In this document: piece after piece, positions 14,590 to 26,410 of the stretch
Layout of the letters: each line of letters starts with the position of its first letter
Position numbering within the stretch: the first letter of the stretch is position 1
NCBI RefSeq assembly: GCF_037392515.1
Contig: NC_090280.1
Location: forward strand, 54,237,037-54,301,036
DNA from: Haliotis asinina
Lineage: Eukaryota
Direction: 5' to 3'
DNA length: 64,000 nt
The notes under the pieces: model-generated
Database searches by the model: none
What the model was told of the DNA's origin: nothing
The model's input: the letters and a program-made list of their open reading frames with translations, nothing else
Translations under genes and position numbers: made by a program

Positions 14590-15520
14590 ACACCGAATCA
14601 CTGTTCGACGGTAGCGACATGCCACGATTATTAAGAGATCAGGTCGATCAAGGTTTAGGCAGACTGAATGCTGGCCAGACTGCAAGACATGTTGGAAACA
14701 AATATTCTGTTCGAATAATACATCGCCTGCAGCAACGAGTCCAAGCCACTGGCAGCACACCCGACCGTTCTCACAGTGCCGGTGACAACGTTGAGGCAAA
14801 ATCGGCAGATTGTCCGTCATCACCTGCAAAATCGTTCAGCTAGGGCTACGGAAACTGCACGGACAACCATTGGCAATCATCAGAGACCAATCAGCGCAGT
14901 CACAGCGCGGAGGCGTTTGAGGCAAAGAAACGTCAGATGTACTGGGGGCCATCCTCAATGTCCGACATCGCCATGTGTGTCTTCAGTGGGCCACACGTCA
15001 TCGGAATTAGCGTCACCGGTAGGGGTGAACTGGTCTCGATGGTCGAAGGCAGAGTGAGTGTGTGGCGACAACGCGGGGAGCGTTTTGCAGATGATTGTGT
15101 CCTGGAAAGAGACTCGTGGGGAGGTCCGAGCATAATGGTGTGGGGTGCTGTTGCTCTCAATCACAAACTAGGCCCTATTGGTCCTGATAGAGGAAATGGT
15201 GTAACAGCTACATTGATCAAGCTCTAAGACCCTTCACCGTACCACATCTTAGTCCTCATGAAAACCACGTCCTCCATCAGGACAACGTGCGTCCCCATAC
15301 TGCAAGAGCAGCTAGCGACTTCCTCCGTCAACATGGCAAACAAACTCTTCAATGGCCTGCCCTCAGTCCACACTTAAACCCAATATAACACTTTTGGGAC
15401 GAGATTCAGAGGAGGCTCGGTGATGTGCGACCAAGGCCGACAACTGCAGATGAAATCTCTCAGGCGTCTCGCCGAGTCTGGACGCAAGTTAAATCCTCAC
15501 GCAATGCACAAAATAGAATA
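14590..15520 (+). pseudogene. Tc1/mariner-family transposase remnant (multiple frameshifts)
   Basis: Fragments in three + strand frames carrying Tc1 catalytic-core motifs: ...GGPSIMVWGAV..., ...HQDNVRPHTA... and ...LQWPALSPHLNPI.HFWDEI... Confidence 0.6.
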
Positions 15521-18500
15521 TACAGCATAATAACAAATAAAGTATAACATAGGTCAGCGATCTAACCTAATAGGGCACTATAATCTGTGCCAGTTATCAG
15601 GCCATTTTCTGGAAGTTATTAGGGTGAGATCGCTGACTGGTGTGCTGAGTCTAAGAATGTGTTTTCGAAACCAGGATGGTTTTCAAGTCCCCAAAGCACT
15701 GGAATCTTTACATTACTTACAAAGTGCCTCCCAAATATACTATATATTATATACGATGATATCCCCAAAGGTGAAGTGTATTCACTAAATTATGTATAAT
15801 TCACCAGCAACGACAATGTTTGTAAGCATATTCCGATGAAGTTATGTGCTCATGTGATGGCGATTAAAACTTCATGCCGGCAATATAATTCTCACAAACA
15901 CATTTTGTGAACTCAATATGCAAGATCACAAAGTATGTCATACACTGATAGATGTAAGAATGTTTTGACATGTCAGTGCTACTAATTAGTTAAAACAAGA
16001 CACGCTGATGATTTTTTCTCATCTTTACAACGCTGCAACATATCAAAGATTCATGTCAGAATGCGACTGATAAAAGTTATTTAAACATCACACTCTGATG
16101 ATTTCATTGCAACTTTTTAACACTATATCATCACAATCATACTGAGAGTTTTTATTAGAACAGGACAATGACGATTTGATTACCTCTTTATATCTATGCA
16201 AAACTAGTGGTGAAGCCCAGTGTCATTAAACATGTCGTTCATGACTTCACAGCTGGACCATATTCATAAGTAATGTGACCAGCGGCCCAGACTATAATTA
16301 CAGGTCATTTTGAGAAAGATGCTTCATCAAAAGCTGCCACATATACCACTACCACCATAATACCTAATACCACTTTCACTCCCAGGAAGTTAATGATAAT
16401 GCTGATATGGACCAACAGACAACATGACGCCCGGAAACCAGGCAGTAATTTAGCTTCCAGGCTAATGTCATGACGTACGGACTTTGAAGATAACAACTAA
16501 CTACTCATGGATCAGTGATGGTAACTATAGGGCGGATGTTTGCAAAGGAAAAGTAAGCATGGACTTGAACCAAGTGACTGATATCACGAGTATCGATCTA
16601 CGTCCGTCTAGACAGCATAACTTTACAATCAAGGGTTTCTAAGAATTTTGACTTGATACATCCCTGTGTTAAAACTGCTCCACCATTTACCATCCCTGGT
16701 GCACTGTTCGGGATTCCCCTTCTCGGCAGTAACGTTATCGGTTGCAGTAATTATTTTATTACTCTCGAGACATAAATTAGAGACTGATCGTGTCCAGGAC
16801 GATGCAACTGCACTGGTAAACTCGACTGGGAGACTGAGCTGGTTTTACACCACATTCAACAATATTCTATCCATTTGGCGGCGGCCTGTAATAACAAGTC
16901 TGGATCAGACAATCCAGTGACCAACATCATGAGTAACGAATCTATATGATGTGATATGATGGCATGCGTCACCCAGGTCAGCAAGCCTGACCACCCGATC
17001 CCGTTAATGGACAACTAGGACAGGTATGGGCCACTGAAGACCAGTTTTAACTCCGTTCTTCAAGGGTAAAAGGAAGGTTGGGAATTCGAAACAATGGCAT
17101 GCTCATAATACATCACGGCTCCTGTCCGCTTTGCTGTCACTTTTCAACTGGTATGGATGGAACGCTGTTCAGTGCGGCCATTCGGAGTCATAGACTTTGC
17201 ACTGCAAAATCATATGGCAGGCTTGTAATTTCCTACACCGACAGTCAGTATTGTCATTGACCATTAATAAATAATAATTATTCAAAGCCAGGTTTCATTC
17301 CCAAATACACTTCACCAACAAATTGAGACAGCTCAGACTGATTTAACATGGACAACCAGGGTTTGAGTCGATGTGGCAGTTGAACTATCTATACTTGCTT
17401 GCGTGAACACGAGACCATTAAGATACTGTTCCGAATGTGGTTGGTGTGACACATGACGTGAACTTGCATTTCACCACAAACATCAAACCAAGGTCATACC
17501 AATGTCACACGCTCTCATATGTTCTTATATATGCAAATATGGCGTTTTTATGTTCCTCGTAAAACGGATGATCACATCCATAACTGCTCATTATTCACGT
17601 GTAACACTTGTTAATGCAGTTGATGTTCCAGTTGTATCTGATGAAGTAACAGAGTTACAGAATTAACCCATTACCTCTGAACGGCGGATGCTTGGGTCCT
17701 GACAGTATATCTGGACAAGGCATATGTTGTGGCACTTTCAAGAGATGGACGTCTATCGAGCTGTGTAAAATATATAATTATACAGTATATATCAAATAAT
17801 TCCAGTCTAAACCTTCTAAACCGTCTAAATTTCTCGACGTTGTTACCCACACACTGAAAGTGATTGTGTATAGTTAAAACTTAAAGTTGTAGAAATGCAC
17901 AGTGATAAAATCCACAAGAAAGCATGTAATATGCGTATGTCCCCGATACCTGTTAATATCAGGCATGCGCACAATGATAAAATCCCTATGAAAGGGTATG
18001 ATATATTTTTGTACTATGATGTTTGTGGATATCAGGCATATGCACAATGATAAATCTTACGCATATGTACTATGATAACTGTGGATACCAGACCTATGCA
18101 TCTTCTGCACGCACTATATTGTTTCACATGAACTTGACATCATGGACTGTGTAGTGTGTTGGCAATGAAGTTTCATTTCGTAAACCGTTTAAACAAGTGG
18201 CAACCGATACGTATCATCAGTCTTAGATAACAGTGCTGTATAAAACAGTTCGAGATACAACACGTATCGACAGTTTAAATGTATATTCGCTACCATTTTA
18301 ACAGATAGAAAACAGCGAAAAGTGTTGGTAGCACTGAAGTTGAAGATTAACGAAGAAAGGTACCTGGATTAGATTTAAGTTTACATCCACGAGCTCTTTG
18401 TATTTTAGAATTGGAGATAAATATTATTCTATTATAACATGCAAATTCCACAAGACACCTCTATCTGTCTGAAATGCATAACAATAACCCTAATTTGAAT

Positions 18501-18799
18501 AAATCTAGAATGTCTCTCTCTCTTCTGAGAGGTCACAGAGAACAATGTAACTATGTATTTCAAAGTCAGAATATTGGAATTATTAAATGATGTACGAAGT
18601 CGTGTGATTAAACAACAAAAGGTGTAGCTGAAAATCATGAAAATACCAAATATGACATAGTATGGTCAGATCAATAACTGCATTAAGTCACAGAATTTCT
18701 TTTCATTAGAATATGCTTAAATGAAGTGGGTAAATCTAATCTTGGGCGAGAATGGACGAATGTTCAGCCAGGAGAATTATCTTTTTGTGTCACTGAATT

Positions 18800-18960
18800 A
18801 GCGGGGAGGTGGGGTAGCCTAGTAGTTAAAGCGTTGATTCATCACGCCGATGAGTCGATTACCCACATGGTTACAACATTAATTCGATTTCAGGTGTCCC
18901 TTGCCGTGATATTGATGGAATACTGACAATGTCAAAGGCGGTATAAAACCAAGCTCACAA
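18800..18960 (+). mobile_element. tRNA-derived SINE copy (diverged)
   Basis: ggggtagcctagtagttaaagcg...tcgattaccc...gccgtgatattgatggaatactg...ggcggtataaaacc. Same family as the copies at 13085 and 56725. Confidence 0.45.
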
Positions 18961-19590
18961 ACATATTGCCTTAAAGGAATAGTGAGTGTATCGTTGGTTG
19001 TGGATTTATGAAAATTAGTGACGTCGTAATTCCCGACCAAATTCAAATTGTGTTGAAAGTAAAAAATCGCTGAAAGAGATATATGTCCTCACGGAGTTTC
19101 AAACGTGACATTCATGCATAACATTTTCAGCAACCTTCAAGATGTATACCTTTCAAAGGATACATCTAGTGTTCCAAACTGAATAACTTACTCGTGACAA
19201 ACGTGTGATAGCTTATGTGATCGTTTAAAAATGCATAAATTTCTTCAACCTCCATGTCACTTTGGCCCCAACCCCAAACATAATCTCATGCCGGCGACGC
19301 TAAATGGTTCATTTTGAGAAGCAGACGTTTTCAACCAATCTAACTTGACGACGGTATTTCTTTAACTTTCCGAAAGGTCAAAATATAGGCTGATGTCGTA
19401 TGAAATAACAAACAGGGATGACTTGGAATTCGTTTTTGAATAATTCCTCTTTTTCTGTCATGCTTAAATGACATTCATGGCGAAAACTAAAACAATGACG
19501 CATTTACGCAGTATAAAAGAACAGAGCAAGGTTGTGTCGATGAAAGAAACACTTACATTTACCTACTGGTTAGCAAGAAGCCTTGTCATC

Positions 19591-19662
19591 ATGGGTTACT
19601 TCCCCTACCTCGCGGTATTCGTCTGTCTACTAGCAAGTGGTGATGCACAGTGGAAGGGTCTG
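19591..19662 (+). CDS. Host gene A, exon 1 (signal peptide MGYFPYLAVFVCLLASGDAQWKGL)
   Basis: ATG followed by a hydrophobic signal peptide. Donor G|gtaagt at 19663. Paralogous to 47123-47194. Confidence 0.5.
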
Positions 19663-20397
19663 GTAAGTCTGAACTGGTACATATACACTCACAGTAAGAA
19701 ATAACGGAACAATCACGTAAGATAGACAGGTATGAACATACACAGTCGAGTATAACGGACACGTTTATCTATCTCTTTCTTCTCTTGCTGTTTGCTTAGT
19801 CGAAATGCGTACATCGAACCACGGTCATAACCAAGTGGAATTAGTGGTCCATTTCATTTCATTTCAGTATAAGAAATGATGTATCAAAGTATTCAAGGTC
19901 AAGCAAACCTAAATATATATATATATATATATGCCCATATATGTTTAAAATCGTATTCTGAACTACTGTCTCACGAATACGTGAATAGAAATTGATTGAC
20001 ATGTGTTCATATTGAAATACAAGGAACAAAGGTGATCTATTTGACTATCACTATTGCTTTTTCTGTTTTGTCCCTTCATTGCTCCAGCGACACAGTGTTC
20101 TTGTACATACCTTATATCAGGAGATATGTGTATATCTGAGACTTATACACTTGTGAACAAAAGTAAACAATAGCATAAGATACTATAGACAAAGGAAGAT
20201 TTAGATGGCCTTCGATTGTGCGTTATATGTGTGTCGTGGTAATCAGACTGGTCACTTAAGAAACTCGCGAAATAGAAGAAGCTGTTATCCATAAAGCTTG
20301 TTCATATTGTGCTTCCAAACTTCTAAATTCCACTCAAGGAAGAAATCCATTTTAGTCCAACGAGACAGGTCCAGGGCCTTTTTGCACAAAGCGATCT

Positions 20398-20512
20398 TAG
20401 CGCTACGATGGCGCTAAGTTTATGTTGGGGAATGGGAGTTCATTCATTCATTCATTCATTCATTCATTCATTCATTACATCGCTAAGATCGCTTTGTCCA
20501 AGTGAGCCCCGG
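20398..20512. repeat. (CATT)9 microsatellite flanked by a 20-bp inverted repeat (gcacaaagcgatcttagcg / cgctaagatcgctttgtcc)
   Basis: Direct. Possible MITE-like or hairpin structure in gene A intron 1. Confidence 0.6.
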
Positions 20513-20534
20513 TGTTACATAGTACAAATGTGCA

Positions 20535-20810
20535 TGAATGCGCAAACGACTATAATATGACTGCACGTGTAGGGGCGTAACATCACACCCAATCATTCAA
20601 TAACCAATTGTGTAATATGACTGCACGTGTAGGGGCGTAACATAACACCCAATCATTTAATAACCAATCGTGTAATATGACTGCACGTGTAGAGGCGTAA
20701 CATAACACCCAATCATTCAATAACCAATCGTGTAATATGACTGCACGTGTAGGGGCGTAACATAACACCCAATCATTCAGTAACCAATCTTCTGTTTCAG
20801 AGGGGGTCGA
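20535..20810. repeat. Tandem repeat, about 58 bp x 4.5 (gcacgtgtaggggcgtaacatcacacccaatcattcaataaccaattgtgtaatatgact)
   Basis: Direct repetition. Produces the repetitive ORF 20583-20813 (LLNDWVLCYAPTRAVILHDW...). Ends at the acceptor of gene A exon 2. Confidence 0.8.
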
Positions 20811-20968
20811 CAAAAGCTTCTTGGGTGCGGGTAGTGAGCCCCACCCTAAATGTCACCCAGGAGGCGTACATCTGGGATGCTGACTCCGGTATCAGTTTCA
20901 TCTCTCGAAGCAAGCTGCTGACTGGGACTAGCATCAATAGGAACCGCGCCTACACGGACTACAACCAG
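20801..20968 (+). CDS. Host gene A, exon 2
   Basis: Acceptor ttctgtttcag|, donor cag|gtaagt, in-frame 56 codons (...RVVSPTLNVTQEAYIWDADSGISFISRSKLL...). Paralogous to 47404-47571. Confidence 0.55.
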
Positions 20969-21959
20969 GTAAGTAGGTTTTAATTGATAACATTGGTAGA
21001 CACGTGCACCGAACCTTTGCAATCTTCTACCACGAAAGAAATCCAGAATTTAACATACTTTGCTTTCAAAAAAACTTCAGACAACAGTTGTTTCTATTTT
21101 GGACAAATAAAACTGAACTTCTAATATATTTGATATATGTTTGATCATCATGTATACTTACACATGCCCATTGGCCAAAGAATGAAGTTCTTCCTTAACT
21201 TTGTCATGGAGGATAGACGTGTGAAAAACTTTACAGAACTATAACCTAAATTCGTGGATAACCTTGATTATTATACTAGCTCGTAAATTAGGTCCTCGAA
21301 TGACGTCACGAAGCGGTAGTTTTGATGTACATACAATGCCATGCCTCGCTGACAAAAAAGTTTGAATCTCTGCAATACACGCAAGTACACTAAATATATT
21401 TGTCCAGCATTGAGATAAATAGCCTCAGATCACAAATACCACCATTGCCAAATTATATTTTTACAAAATGTCAAGCAAAAACAGATACCGGTAGATCCAA
21501 CCTTCTCACTTCTCGTCTGCTTGAAATGGTTTCAATACTTACTGTACTGGGAAGTCGTACACAGTGGCATAAAGTAATTCTAACTACCGAAGCAAGGTGT
21601 GGGCACATGAATGGGTGATGATTGCAAATGACTTCCGTAAACAAACGCATCATTCACGAGTGGAGTATTAGGCATTTTAATGTAAATGTTCCAACAATAC
21701 AGATTCGGCTATCAGATTGTAAGATTTAAAACGCATCCTTTGGGGTTTTGAGAACTACACAAGGTGTTTCCTCCACTTGTCTCAAGTACTTTCTTTAAGT
21801 ATTAGTCATCGACAGCATTTAAGATACTGTTTCAAGTCTGAGACATGGTTTTAGATGGGCATTGACTGGACTCAGAAATATGTCTGTGAGGAGTTGTATA
21901 GGGAATGCAGAACCAAAGGGGGAAGAACGTGTGAACATCTGATTGTGGTGACATTTCAG

Positions 21960-22073
21960 CCCAAGATTGCCATCAAGTTTAGAAAAGATGTTGGTAGAAC
22001 CTGCATCCTACTCGACGTGGCATCTGCCCTTATCGGCACGTTCAATGAAACAAGTACCAATTTGCAAGCACTT
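21960..22073 (+). CDS. Host gene A, exon 3
   Basis: Acceptor acatttcag|, donor ctt|gtaagt, 38 codons (PKIAIKFRKDVGRTCILLDVASALIGTFNETSTNLQAL). Paralogous to 49149-49262. Confidence 0.55.
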
Positions 22074-22439
22074 GTAAGTAATCTTTTAACTTATATAAAG
22101 TTATGTGGAAACAGTTTGGAAAAGGGAATTGCAAGTAAAATAATTCCTTGTTATGTTGAAAACATGTCACAAATGTTATCGTTACATGTGGGTGACTGAG
22201 CATAATTTTACACCGCTTTAGGCATCATTCCAGCAATTTCATTGCCGGGGACACCAGAAATGGGCTTTACATATTGTATCAATGTGGAAAATGGATTCCG
22301 GGCTAAGGCCCTTTGCATGCATAATGACGTATATTTTGGGATAGGTACCATTCGGTTCCCACAGTGATGTCCAGATTTCGTTCTGATGCTGATGCGGGAA
22401 GATCCGGGTAAGGACTTCAACAAACCATGCTTGTCTCGC

Positions 22440-22800
22440 TATTCTGAAGGTGTAGCTGGAGTGAGTCAGTGAGTGGGTTTAGTTTTACGCCGCACTCAGC
22501 AATATTTCAGCTATATGCCGGCGGTCTGTAAATAATCGAGTCTGGACCAGACAATCCAGTGATCAACAACATGAGCATCGATCTGCGCAATTGGGAACCG
22601 ATGACATGTGTCAACCAAGTCAGCGAGCCTGACCACCCGATCCCGTTAGTCGCCTCTTACGACAAACATACTCGCCTTTTGTGGCAAGCATGGGTTGCTG
22701 AAGGTCTGTTCTACCCCGGGACCTTCACGGGTAGGTGTAGTTGGAATATGCAATACTTGGTTCACTCGTTCACTACGCATCCTATTGCCATCAGAGTTAG
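22440..22800 (-). mobile_element. Abundant SINE family, near full-length copy (tail (GAGT)n at the left end)
   Basis: Consensus-like ...ttttacgccgcactcagcaatatt.cagctatatgccggcggtctgtaaataatcgagtctggaccagacaatccagtgatcaacaacatgagcatcgat...gaccacccgatcccgttagtcgcctcttacgac... Fragments recur at 1975-2010, 2900-2990, 8400-8500, 12170-12330, 16900-17010, 45880-45970, 49560-49680, 57290-57500, 57730-58100 and 63060-63140. Confidence 0.55.
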
Positions 22801-22879
22801 ATTTTCGTAAGAGGCAACAATCAGATGGTAATGCTAACAGCAATACCGTGTGATTTCATTCCTTGAATTAATATTTTCT

Positions 22880-23060
22880 TAATAAGGAACGGACCCGGCT
22901 TGGATTTGCTCTTGAGCAAACCCATGCTTGTCACAAGAGGCGACTAACGGGATCGGGCGGTCAGGCTCACTGACTTGGTTGACATATGTCATCGTCTCAC
23001 AATTACATAGATCAATGATCATGATTTTGATCACTGGATCATGTAAGTAGTGCAGTGACG
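22880..23060 (+). mobile_element. Partial copy of the same SINE family in opposite orientation (head-to-head with the 22440-22800 copy)
   Basis: Reverse-complement of the body segment ...caagaggcgactaacgggatcgggcggtcaggctcactgacttggttgacatatgtcatcg... Confidence 0.45.
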
Positions 23061-23703
23061 GCTACAAGAGGTGGTGTCACCAGGTATAGGTATGAACGCC
23101 ATCTAGTGTGCACACACGTGCAGTGAGTGGACTGAATTAATTTGACAATGACATCATCCGTTTGTTGAATTTTCTTCATTTATGAACAAGCTTAATCGAC
23201 TTATGTACACTTAACTGCTTGATACATTTCCTTCGTTTTGGTCTGTGTCTTTCTTTCTTTTTCCTTTTGAGAGATTAGCTGTGATATTGCTGAGTGCGAC
23301 CTTAACGACAAACTTTCAGAAGGTTTACTGTATCGTGGCTATCATACCAGAAAAAACTGTGTCATAATACATATTGTGTTCCGTATAGAAGGTTCGTTTC
23401 TTGAGTGAATTGTCGTCAACAAACATACATGTAATAGGGCACTTGTAATGCGCTTCAGTCACATAGAAAGACTTAAGAGTTGTTGAAAGAGGCAGGTACT
23501 GCGATGGCATCCGAAAGACATTAGCGAGATTTGGGGATCCTCTGGGAGATTGTTCCAAGCTAATACCGCTACATTCTGAAGAAACGACATCCATATCTCA
23601 CAGTCTTGATGTCGGGAATGCAACATAGAAGCTTAGACATTTTACTGAGAGCGTAGTCACCGCTCTGAATGGTTTGTACAGTACTCTCTATAATCTGTTT
23701 CAG

Positions 23704-23860
23704 ACAGTGTTAGACACGACAGAAGAGAAAAGCTACCAGTCAGTTGGAACGGTCCTGAACGCCACGAGTCAAAGCGCCTTTGATCTGCAGCATCCTTTTA
23801 TTCAAAAGAAATGTTCCGATAGAAACTACAACTACTTGGCGACCACAGAACTGACTGCAG
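23704..23860 (+). CDS. Host gene A, exon 4
   Basis: Acceptor ctgtttcag|, donor gcag|gtacaa, 157 nt (...TVLDTTEEKSYQSVGTVLNATSQSAFDLQHPFIQKKCSDRNYNYLATTELTA...). Paralogous to 49774-49930. Confidence 0.55.
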
Positions 23861-24943
23861 GTACAAGGGTTGTGTTTTGTGTATTTATTTCATTACGTAT
23901 TTTACTGTAATTAGAAACTAGCATATTTCTGTAGTGAGTGAAGCCTTTACGTCGCATGGACACTATTTCAGTCCAAGTGAGTGAGCGAGTGAGTCCATCG
24001 CACATACATTTCAGCTAAACAGCCACAAGACCTTGTTTGCGCATCAATAAATACATTGGAGAACAAAAATAAATAACCGTCCTGAAATCCATATTTCATT
24101 ACAGTATCATTTCGGTTTTGCAGGTAAGTTGAAACTCACATGTGACTGTTGAAATTCAAGTAGATGGATTGTTTGTTGCTGTTGTTATTGACGATGTTGG
24201 AAAATGTTTGGAAATGCAATGATTGGATTATTGTAGAGGCGTGTAGTGTCGACTTGCTTATTTTCGCCCAGTTTTGTCCGTGTTTAATGAAACACGTGGC
24301 TGTGACTAATGGTGGTCATGGTCTGTTTGCAGTGTTAACGTACCGAGGAATTTTACTTTAAACAGAAAATTAAACCACATAAACCACAATTATGATTGCG
24401 AATCTTCATAATTTTACATTGCCAACTGAAACCATAAATCTCAGGATCGTATTCAACTTAGAAGAAAATTTGTTTAACAAACGATCACAGATTGAAATCG
24501 CTGTTTCGAATCGCAAACTGGTTTGCATTACAAGGGGGTAAGCGCAGCAGTTGGAACAGTGAAACAAATGCACGTGTGGCACGTGATAAATGTTAACTTA
24601 GACCAACCCTACATGTTCTAGGTGTTTCATTTGATGTGCTGACGCCGCGTCCCCCTTGTAAAACACACAAATGAAGCGATAGAGCGATTTGAAACTACGA
24701 TCGTTTGTTAAACAATTTTTATTCCTTAGTTGAATAAAGTTCCGAAATTTAAATGTTCAATGGGCAAGGTAAAATTGTGCGTATTCGCAATCGTAATTAC
24801 ACTTTAATTTCTTTGATTTACCGTTTGGTTTATAGTGAAACCCATGGGTACGTTTTCACTGCCAACAGACTACAGGTATTGGCAATACAGAGTTTGCGGC
24901 ATAAAGATAATGATGATTGTTGACGATGGTTTCCTCTTCCCAG

Positions 24944-25062
24944 GAGCTGCTCCCCCGCCTGCAAGTGATAAGTTCACAGTTTTCACCACATGGGGGAAGG
25001 TGCACCTCTACATCCTTCAGTCAACTGGTCTTGTAATCACTACCACCACCGAGGCCCCCTAA
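24944..25062 (+). CDS. Host gene A, terminal exon 5 (stop TAA at 25060-25062)
   Basis: Acceptor tttcctcttcccag|. Restores the frame with exon 4 (...GAAPPPASDKFTVFTTWGKVHLYILQSTGLVITTTTEAP*). The five exons total 630 nt, 209 aa. A near-identical exon is at 54089-54207. Confidence 0.5.
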
Positions 25063-25316
25063 TTTGTAAAGCGCCATCCTGTATTCTGTAATATAAAGTT
25101 ATGTGATTGTTCTACCTTGTCTGTTTCTTCTTTGAGTGGCATTTAGAAGCTGGTGTGATGAATAACAAGGGGAGTTCATTGGATATAAAACTTCTTTAAT
25201 GTAATATTTAATATAACGTGAACCACGTTTCGGTGTAGCTTCTACCACTGTCACCTAGCAAGTGACATTAATATGAGCGACATGTAACAGCTCTTTTTGC
25301 GGAGCGAATGACGACG

Positions 25317-25321
25317 AAACC
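25317..25321. repeat. Target-site duplication, left copy ('aaacc')
   Basis: Exact 5-bp direct repeat also found at 39625-39629, immediately outside both TIRs. A 6-bp reading is possible with one mismatch (gaaacc vs taaacc). Confidence 0.6.
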
Positions 25322-25642
25322 AGTAGTATAGGGAATGATAGTTCTGGACCACTTTCACAAAATGCCTCTACAAAGCCTTATTTAGTAAATAAGGCTTTGG
25401 TTGGGCCATTAGCTCTTGCTACTATTACCCCTACTACAAAATTACTGTGCCTTGGTAGGAGGTAACACTGTGCCGTACGGTACGATCAATAATTCTTCTC
25501 TTACAAATCCCCTACCCGGCCCATCCCTCAAGTAGTACAAGTTAGGTTCGTCGGCTTTCATATCCACTTTATCTATGTTGTAAGTTTTGACTGACCATAT
25601 AGGATCGGTGGCCCGCTTACGGCTATCGCCCTCGTGTTCCCC
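25322..25642 (+). repeat. Left terminal inverted repeat of the Polinton (321 bp)
   Basis: Reverse-complement of 39304-39624 with only a few mismatches, e.g. gcccgctt/gctcgctt, taaataagg/taattaagg and gggccattagctcttgc/gggctattagctcatgc (about 98% identity). Begins with AG. Confidence 0.85.
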
Positions 25643-26410
25643 CGGCTGGTATAGATACCTCACTAGGGCCCTATCTGGTATCTGTTTCTCCTTCCCACGC
25701 AATGGAGCGGCCGACTCTGCAACTATTGATTTTAGTTTGATAGCGTCTGCCGGTTTCTTACCGGTGAGACGGGTGACTTCATGGTTGATTGCCGACACCA
25801 CCTTGGGTAACCTCGTGACCCATTCAGTCGATCGTTTTCCAGGGGTGGCCATCTCCCTAGCATACTGATAGCCGAACAAGCGTTCAGCCAAAGTCCTATT
25901 AAATCTCTCAACTATGGCTTGGCTGCGATGGGCTCCGGCCGTGCCACGCCTGACCTTTGTATCGTGTTTGGCTAGCAGTTGTGACACGGCACCCATGAAC
26001 TCCCGTCCGGGGTCAACTTGCAGCTCTGTTGGCCACGTCAGCGGACTGCGTTTGTATATACGTTCGAATCCTCTGGCTACCTGGGCCGAATCTTTCGTGG
26101 TCAAGGGTTCGGCTTCCTTGTAACGACTGGCTACATCCACTACGGTTAAGGCATACTTGTACCTCTTGTCGTGGGGTAGGAACAGTAGGTCTGCCTGGTG
26201 AATGCTATTAGGTGTGTTAATACCGAACCTCCTTCTAGGCACGTAGCGTGGTGCCGGCAAATAGATCTGCCACAGGGCTTGTTTTTCAAGCCACGCTTTG
26301 GCTTCCTCCGGGGGTACTCGCGCTAGTTTAGCTAGCTTATCTACTGCGCTAGCTCCTTTCCAGTACCCACGCGGGCTGTAGTAAATAGCCTCAAATTTTT
26401 TCATGTCCAT
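25442..26410 (-). CDS. Retroviral-type (rve) DDE integrase, 322 aa
   Basis: ATG start. DDE triad context: ...SIHQADLLFLPHD..., ...ELQVDPGREF... and ...SQAIVERFNRTLAERLF..., which is the typical rve catalytic core. The 3' 200 nt lie inside the left TIR. Overlaps the pPolB stop by 20 nt. Confidence 0.85.
   Translation of the reverse strand: MDMKKFEAIYYSPRGYWKGASAVDKLAKLARVPPEEAKAWLEKQALWQIYLPAPRYVPRRRFGINTPNSIHQADLLFLPHDKRYKYALTVVDVASRYKEAEPLTTKDSAQVARGFERIYKRSPLTWPTELQVDPGREFMGAVSQLLAKHDTKVRRGTAGAHRSQAIVERFNRTLAERLFGYQYAREMATPGKRSTEWVTRLPKVVSAINHEVTRLTGKKPADAIKLKSIVAESAAPLRGKEKQIPDRALVRYLYQPGEHEGDSRKRATDPIWSVKTYNIDKVDMKADEPNLYYLRDGPGRGFVREELLIVPYGTVLPPTKAQ

Noticed and set aside
24903-24943. 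Upstream extension of the gene A last exon (ORF track 24835-25062 begins MKPMGTFSL...)
   Set aside because: A strong acceptor (tttcctcttcccag) at 24943 restores the reading frame with exon 4, so the upstream part of the ORF is intronic read-through.
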